Shown one piece after another: positions 56,270-64,000 of a stretch of DNA of 64,000 nucleotides (the first letter of the stretch is position 1; each line of letters opens with the position of its first letter). Origin of the DNA: the human T2T-CHM13v2.0 reference genome, Homo sapiens; assembly GCF_009914755.1 (NCBI RefSeq), contig NC_060927.1, one strand, 5' to 3'. Position numbers and translations under genes: made by a program. The notes under the pieces were generated by a model, which saw nothing but the letters and a program-made list of their open reading frames with translations, was not told the origin of the DNA and ran no database searches.

Positions 56270-57400
56270 AGACTACTTTATTTGGATACAATTCATACAT
56301 CACAAAATTTTCCCCTTTAAAGTGTACAGTTCAATGGCTTTTGGTATATTCACTATATTTAGTATATTCATGCGTCACTAATTTTAGAACATTTTCACCA
56401 CCCTCAAAAGAAATCCAATATCCATTAGCAGTCACTCCCCAGCCTCCTCACCTCCAGACAACCACAAATCTGTTTTCTGTTTTGGGGGCTCAGAAACAGA
56501 TACCCCAAAATATGGCACTGTGACACACAGAACTGAAGAAGCCTCAAGGTCTGTCTGACTTCCCCCAACTCCATGCTTGCCTCTCACGTTCCCTTATCTG
56601 TGTAAAGTCTGGACTCACCAAAGAAGAAAACAATTACCATTTGTCCCTTCCCTGATTTTTCTTTAACGAATTCATATCGCAGGAAGACTGAAGTCTGTCA
56701 ACACACCTGGACAGACTTTTGTCATAAACCATTGTCTGCTCTGCGGGCCCAACAGACTTTGTCCCAGGCCATTATATGTTCTTCAAGCCCAGTGAATTCC
56801 CCTAAAAGTCATTCGCTATCCTAACATCATCCACACTTCCCCATCTCCCTTTCCCCTAAGAAGTAGGGTAGAGAAGGATCCATACCCCATTGGGATATTG
56901 GATAGTCACTCTGTAATATTTCCCCAGTGCATGCTAATAAATGTGTATTCCATTTCTCCTCTTAATCTATCTTTTGTAGACTATGGAATGACTATGGGTG
57001 ACTATGGAATCACGGGTCTAAAACAGGATATTTTTCAGCAAACCTTCTGAGAGTGAATGGAAAGTTTTTCCTTCACCCCTACACTGTCTCTATAGGTTTT
57101 CCTATTCTGGATATTTCACACAAATGGAATTATACACTATGTGGTCTTTTGTGATTGGCTTCTTTCACCTAGCATGATGTTTTCAAGGTTCATCCATGTT
57201 GTAGCATGTACCAGTACTTCATTCCCCTTTGTGGCTGGATAATACTCCATTGTGTGGATACACCACATTTTATGTGTCCATTCATCAGTTAATGAACATT
57301 TGAGTTTTTTTCAGTTTTTGGCTATTATGAATAGTGCTGCTTTGAACAGTCATGTAGGAGTTTTTGTGTGGGTGTGCGCTTTTAATCCTCTTGGATAAGG
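56270..57400 (-). mobile_element. L1MB 3' end (antisense) interrupted by a MER39/MER34-like ERV1 LTR (+, ~56481-57083)
   Basis: tttaaagtgtacagttcaatggcttttggtatattcac; LTR gggggctcagaaacagataccccaaaatatgg...cccctaca with ctgt TSD. Confidence 0.75.
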
Positions 57401-57739
57401 AACTCTTTTTCATTGAAAAATAATGCCTGTGCATGGTAAACAAAATTGCCAGTGCCAACCAAAAGTCAGCCCCTTTCCCTCCCCTGGCGGAGCCTCCCTC
57501 CCACAGACCAGCTATTCGTTTCTTTTGCGTCGTCTCAGAAATGTTTTCTGCACGTAGGCACGTAGGCACAAGGTGAGTGCACACTCCTGCTCTCCAGGGA
57601 GAATACCAGCCTGCTCTGTCCCTCATCCTTTTCCCAGATCGATGCTTCTGGATCTCTCAGCATTGGTGTATAGAGCTGCACTTTTTTTTCCTTTCAGTGA
57701 CTGTCTCAATAAATTGTTTGAATGTGCCCCTGCTCCCCT

Positions 57740-58008
57740 TATTATTATTATTTTTTTTGAGACAAGGTCTCGCTGTCACCCAGAGAGTACAGTGGCGCGA
57801 TCACAGCTCGCTGCAGCATCGACCTCCTGGGCTCAAGTGATCCTCCCACCTCAGCCTCTTGAGTAGCTAGGACCAAAGTCACGCACCACCACTCCCGGCT
57901 ATTTTTTTTTTTAAGAGATGGGATCTCCCTATGTTGCCCTGGTTGGTCTCCAACTCCTGGACTCAAGAGATCCTCCTACCTCAGCCTCCCAAAGTGCTGG
58001 GCCACAGG
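57740..58008 (-). mobile_element. AluJ (5'-truncated)
   Basis: Alu dimer; flanking tgaatgtgccc duplication. Confidence 0.85.
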
Positions 58009-60811
58009 CTGAATGTGCCCATTTTTACTGACCTATCTAAAGGCCATTTAGGCTGCTTCAAATCTTGCATCACTGCAAATATGGCACCCTAAATATGGTT
58101 GTGTGCTCATACAAAGATTTCTGGGAGTTTAAGTGCCACAGATGGACTTTGGTACATAGAAAGTGAACTTTTTTGGTTGGAAAAAGATGGCCCTGAGTTT
58201 CCCGATGTTGAGACTGAGTCGTAGTCACTGCTGGGCTCCTCCAAAGCCCATGCGCAGCATAGATGTAGAGGGGATGGGGATGCTTGCCCTCAACCTATTT
58301 CCTCCCTTAGACCTGAGAGGTTTGACTATCACTGCCAATTCACCAACCAGTTGATGACCCCATGTGGTCATCATAGAGACCCTTTGCCAACCAGTTTCCA
58401 TTAAAGTTAAGAACCAAAATAAATTATCCTCTTAAAAAATAATAACTTTTAAGAAGTTGGAAACCTACAACTTTAAAACCAGCCAGTTTTTTAAAAAAAT
58501 CTTTCTGAATTATGAACCGGGTTTTAGACAGTCTTCTTTTTTTTCCATCTTGCTAAGTCAAGCACAGGCTTTGAAAACAAACCACATTGAATTTGCACCC
58601 ACTCAACGAAGATTTTTTGACAAATCAATTTTATTGTGTGGTGTGCCTTCAAAACTGAGAATCCAGTGAGGCAAACTCTATCCCACCCTGACACTGAGTT
58701 AGCTGGGTGCCCTTGAGAAGAATGTTTTTTACCTTAACCAGGTGACAGTTTGCTAACAACAAACAGAGGGGTGAGATAAGACTAAGACTCTATGATCTTA
58801 AGCTTCTAAACCAAGCTAATCTATATACTTTCATAGCCTTTACCTGCCCACTGGTGGACAGAGAGGCCTTTCTTTTAATATGGAACCTTAACCACAGATT
58901 GGGTTTAATCTCAGACTTAACACTCTAAACTTTCTTTGAACTTGAAGTGCAAACAAAGCGCTAATGTCGGATGTAGCCATCTACACGGAATATGAAAGAC
59001 ACTTTAGGGATGCTGTTTGCCTAAGTAAGCTCCAGAGGCTGGGATTGCCAGTCTCCTTAGCCTGTGCAGGCACCTTTGGCAGAGGTTTCAGGTTGGATAT
59101 GGGGCTTGGTAATGGCCCAGGGATGAATTCATATTTCCCCCCCTGGCTCATTACCAGGGGATAAAGGCACCTTCCGCAGCTCCCAGCAGGTTCGGAGCAG
59201 GAAGTGGGGTGGTTTGGACAGCAGGAATCTGACTCCTCAGAGGCAACTGAGAAGCCATTGTTCCAGGGCTTCCCGGGGCGCTTTTGTTGGCAATTCCTTC
59301 ATGTCTCAACTGGAGCTAAGGTCTTCACCCAGCCACTGATAAACAACACAGTCAGTGCCAGAATAAGTCCCAGGACACTCCCCTTCGGCCAGTCACTACC
59401 CTGCTCAAGTACCTTCAATGACTCCCCAGTGCCCACTAAAGCACTGCGGTGCTCCAAGCTGGCCACAGTCTGGCCTAATTACCTGGCTATCCTTAATGCC
59501 TGCAACTTCTCATTACTTTATCTTGCCCAGCATGTATCTAGCATCCACTCTGGGCCAGGTACTGTGTTAAGTGCTCTGCAGGCATCTTCCAGGTTCATCT
59601 TGATGAGCATTCTAGAGGAAGACCTCATAGTATCATGTAGATGAGGAAACAGAGGCACCAAGTTGCTAAAGTAGCTTGCCTAATGCCACACAGCCGGGGA
59701 GCAAAGAGTCAACGCAAACCCCATCCCTGTGCACTCTCTGCTGCCCGGGACTGGGGCCATGCCCTGAGTACCAGTGTGTGCAGCGCAGAGTGACGAAGAA
59801 GCACCAGCCAGGCGATGAGTGGGGGAAGAACACTCCAGGCAGAGGCAGTAGCAAATGCATTTCTTTCTCTGAGCCTCAGTTTCCTCACCTGTTAAGTGTG
59901 TGCACGTATGCACACCCTTGTGTGCCCACTGTGTGTGTTTGTGTGGAGGTCGGGAGGCGTTGCCTTCCGGTTGTCTGAGACTCCCCCTGGAATCTGGAAA
60001 TGATTTTTGGATGCCTCTTTAAATTTTGTGCCTCTCTTGTCTTACCCCTAGCCCTATCAGGCTGCTAGCTGTGATTGCCAATTCAGAAAATAGATAAGTA
60101 AACAGACTGACCAGGACCAGTGAGCTGGGGCATAGGGAGCATGAGATTGGGGTCTTCTGGCCACAGTCACCTGGGCTTGAGCAGGGGCTGTCCCTGTGAG
60201 ACAGGGTGCCCTCTCTGCTACCCCTTGCTGTCTTGTAAACCTGGTCTGTTTTCCTGATCTTCATCCTCTGCAAGTCCCTTGCAGACGCTGGAGTTTGCGA
60301 TTCCTGGGCAGCATGTTTCAGAAGGCTTATGAGGATATGCTGTTTAGTTTCTGTTCTATTTAACACATCTGCAGTGGCCATGTTACATCTCCTTTGCTGC
60401 TTTTCTTTTTTTCCTGTTTTCTGCTTTCTGTTCCATCATCTCCCACTCTTTTCCCCCAACTTCTCTCTCTTCAGCTCCCCAGAAAATCTCCTTTCCACCC
60501 CAACTTCTTTCTCTATCATATCATATCTAAACATTATTTGGCATAATAAGTCTTCCAGAAGTCAGGGAGGGCTTCAGAGAGGTGAGTAGGGCTCTTGAGC
60601 AGGGCTTCGAGGAATGAACAGGAGTTGGTTAGGAAGAGAAAGAAGGAAAGGGCAGGAAACTAAGGTGCTTAAATACAAAGGCTGGATCCATACAGGCAGG
60701 GTTTGAATCCTGGCTTAGCCACTCTGTGGCTGTGTGATCTGGGGCAAATTACATAACCTCATCAAGCCCGAGTTAACTCATCAGCATAATGGGAATTTCC
60801 AGATTATCTCA

Positions 60812-61012
60812 GTGTCAGAGTCTCTGGGCTGGTCCTACTGGCTGATGAGAGCCAACTGTGCATCTCTCTTCCAATGCTGCATTTGACAATGTCACCCTGG
60901 GAGCTTGAAATCTGCCACTGTGGAAGTATTTGCACCATGGAAATCGGCAGACTCTACAAGTCAGAACATTTTTTTCCCCCTCCAGAGAGCCAGTTCACCA
61001 ACACATCACCAC
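60812..61012. mobile_element. MER63-type hAT-Blackjack DNA transposon
   Basis: gagagccaactgtgcatctctcttcc...agcttgaaatctgccactgtggaagtatttgcaccatggaaatcggcag. Confidence 0.7.
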
Positions 61013-61649
61013 CTGCAGCTGGGAAGCTGGGTTAAGATTAGATTTGATTGCAAGGGGCTTTGAACAGCAAGGCCTGGAGATGTATTGTTCAAATGTTTGC
61101 TGTGGAACTTCAGAGACACAATTTGACCCTACCTAGTCTGAGGGGAAAAAAAAAAAATTTTTTTTCTTTTAGAAATAAAGAAGGCCTGAGTTTCTAAACT
61201 CAGAAGGCTTGAGTTTCTAAAAAAAAAAAATCCCAAACACATTCTCATATTATATTTACATAACTCTTCAAAAGATCTCCTAGAACACCTTAATTAAAAA
61301 TACATATATATTATTTCTGTTGAATGAGCAAACCTTGAATAAGAAAATCACCAACGTTCTCAAGCTGAAAAACGGGGAGATTTTTAACTGGGAAAAACTG
61401 GGTGTGGAGGGGTCAGCAGTGGCCAGTTCACACGTAACTTAGCTGGGAAGGAAGCTGGCCTGTATCCTATTAGCAGTGGGAAATCATGGGAGGGTTTGAA
61501 GCAGACAAAGGCTATGATCAGATTCTGGTCTTGGAAAACATCCTTCTGGCTGCTCTTTGGAGAAGAGTCGGGAGAGAGCCGAAACAAATTCAAGAAGACC
61601 AGGCAAGAGATGAAGGGGATGTGGACAAGCATGTTTCTGGAGAGACAAT

Positions 61650-62042
61650 GCTGTGTGTTTGCCTTACTTCCTTTTTCTCCTGGGCACTCAGCTGGACTAC
61701 ATTTCCCAGGCTCCTCTGCAGTGAGGTAGGACCATGTGATTTAGTTCCGGCCAATAGAATGTGGGCAGAAGTGATGTAAGGAACTTCCTGCCCTGGCCAA
61801 GGAAACTCTCCCATACAATCCTCTGGGCTGTTTCTCTTTCCCGCTTGCCTCCTGCAGAGGGTCCAATGCAGAACTCCAAGGCCTGAGGGGTGGCAAAGCC
61901 ACTGGCTGGAAGGAGCCTGGGTTGCTGAATGACTGTATGGAGCAGAGACTCACCATTCACTGCATTGGACTGTGCTGAAAAGGACAAACCTTCCTTGTGT
62001 TGAGCCCTGAGACCTGGGACTGTTTGTTACAGCTGCCAACCT
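61650..62042 (+). mobile_element. MaLR LTR MLT1I/J-like inside an L2
   Basis: actacatttcccaggctcctctgcagtgaggtaggaccatgtga...ggaaggagcctgggttgctgaatgactgtatggagcagag. Confidence 0.75.
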
Positions 62043-62602
62043 GATGGATGTTGGGTGATGAATCAGAGACAGGGGTGCAGACTAGAGAGCTCTTTGGGGT
62101 AAAGTCGTGGGACTTGGGATAGATTGGAAGTGGAATGAGAAAAGAGGAGGCATCGCGGACAGAGTCCATGTTTCTGATTGAGCAGTGGTGCCTTTTGCTC
62201 AGAGAATGTGAGGAGGTCTTTCTGGAGGGCTGTTTGGTGCATTTCAGATACTGGAGTAGAGCTGTCAAGAGGCTCTTTTCTTGGCCTGTGCCATGTGGGG
62301 CAGTCCAGCAGCTCCTCCAGAAGCATGTTATGGTGGCAAATGCTGCCCGTCATTCATCCGAAAGAGGAGACAGGGAACATCTGCCTGTGAAGTCATCGTG
62401 CTGCCCTCAGCCAGAGCCTACCCAGGAGAGCTGGGGAATACTAACTGCTTCCTGCCCAGCCCAGCAACACCCTACCATGTCCATATTTGTGACCCCAAGC
62501 TGTGACAAGGCTAATGTTGGGACCTAATTTATTTTTACTTCCTTTTAACAAATGTTTCCTGAGGGCCTATGATAATCATAATATTAAAACTATTATTTAT
62601 TA

Positions 62603-62720
62603 CCCACCGCTAGTCCCAATTACTCGAAAGACTGAGGCAGGAGGATCACTTGAGCTCAAGAGTTTGAGTCCAGCCTGGGCAACATAGCAAGACCCCGTCT
62701 CTAAAACAAAAACAATTTTT
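62603..62720 (+). mobile_element. Alu monomer (FLAM-like)
   Basis: actgaggcaggaggatcacttgagctcaagagtttgagtccagcctgggcaacatagcaagacc. Confidence 0.8.
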
Positions 62721-63550
62721 TAGAAAACTACTGAAACTACTGCTATTTCTTAAGCACTTACCATGTTCTAGACAGTATGCCAAGTGCTTTACTACATTTC
62801 ATTAAATCTCCAACAGAGATGGGAACTATTATTGGCCGCATTTGACAGGTGGGGAAACTGAAGTTCAGAGAGCTAACTCTGCACGAGCTAGGCTTTGGAC
62901 CCAGGTCATCAAATTCTATAGTCTGTTATCCCCATATGAAGCCAATTCTGCCTGGAGCACCAAGATTGACATGATCTCACAGAACTGAGCGTGGCCCCAT
63001 CTCCTGCATTCCCCGGAGAGGCCCTTTTAGTCTCTCACAGTTCTTGTTCCACCAGAGTGGGTAGTGGCTGCTGTCTGCCACCCAGCACATTGGCACATTT
63101 TGGAGACCTCTTCCTTTGTCTTTGGGAAGCCTGGGGCTGGGCTACCCCATTGCATTTCCCTCCATGAGAGGAGACTGTCATTTTGCCAGGTCCTGGGTCC
63201 TAGGTTACTGGGCCACCCACTGTTGGCATGGTGACCAGATCATGACCCAAATCATGGCCCCTGATGGGCACAGATTCCTAGGCAGCCACCGTCCTCAGAA
63301 GGGGCCAATGGGCCTGGCATCCAGAGCAGTTCTTGAGCTAGTGTGGAAACCCATTTACACCACCTTAGCCCAAAAGTAGTGTTTAAGGAATCACAGAATC
63401 CAAGGGAAAGTTTGGGCCAAAATCTAGAATCAGCCACCCAGATGTCACCACAAGCCTCTCCCCATCCCTTATCGCTACTCCTTGAAGACTGCCACAGGAC
63501 AGAGGCAGGTGGTTGCCCACCTAGCATCCCTTCTCATTTAAAAGAGCCCT

Positions 63551-63885
63551 GGCCGAGCCCTGCAGTGGGTCACACCTGTAATCCCAATACTTTGGGAGGT
63601 CGAGGCAGGAGAACCACTTGAGCCCAGGAGTTGGAAACCAGCCTGGGCAACAGAGCGAGACCCTACCTCTACAAAAAAATGAAAAAATTAACCAGGTATG
63701 GTGGGGCATGCTTGTGGTCCCAGTTACTTGGGAGGCTGATATAGGAGGATCACTTGAGCCCAAGAGGTTGAGGCTGCAGTAAGGTATGATTGCACCACTG
63801 TACTCTAGCCTGGGCTGCAGAGCCAGACCCTGTCTAAAATAAAATAAAATAAAATAAAATAAAATAAAATAAAATAAAATAAAAT
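63551..63885 (+). mobile_element. AluJ with a (TAAAA)n tail
   Basis: Alu dimer followed by about 10 TAAAA units. Confidence 0.9.
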
Positions 63886-64000
63886 CCCTGATTTTCTTCA
63901 GCAGGATGCTCTTTCCCAGCCTCACCATCTCAGCCATGAGATGTAAGCAGACACCTGCTATGAGTTCTGGGAAAGTTTTTGTATCCTTGATAAAAAAAAT

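Overview
This is primate (most likely human or great-ape) genomic DNA of roughly balanced GC content, with no recognisable protein-coding gene. The ORFs in the track either come from repeats (Alu, L1, L2, LTRs, Tigger1) or look like random GC-rich frames. The window is intergenic or intronic and packed with transposable elements: about 15 Alu-family copies, old L1M/L2/MIR, MaLR/ERVL/ERV1 LTRs, a full-length nested Tigger1, a Zaphod-like hAT element, and solo LTR7 (HERV-H), LTR5B (HERV-K) and LTR12C (ERV9). It also has a small orphan CpG island near 39.6-40.0 kb, a strong CTCF motif near 3.2 kb and a perfect 8x32-bp minisatellite. The most unusual observations are: (i) one AluJ carries two head-to-head ERV LTRs 53 bp apart, one of them with an abnormal 17-bp flanking duplication and a clipped end; (ii) two unrelated LTRs sit at essentially the same position in two different Alus; (iii) two old, locally templated mosaic insertions. 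I could not identify the locus and see no evidence of a new gene system. Repeat family names come from remembered consensus sequences and should be confirmed with RepeatMasker/Dfam; many boundaries are approximate.
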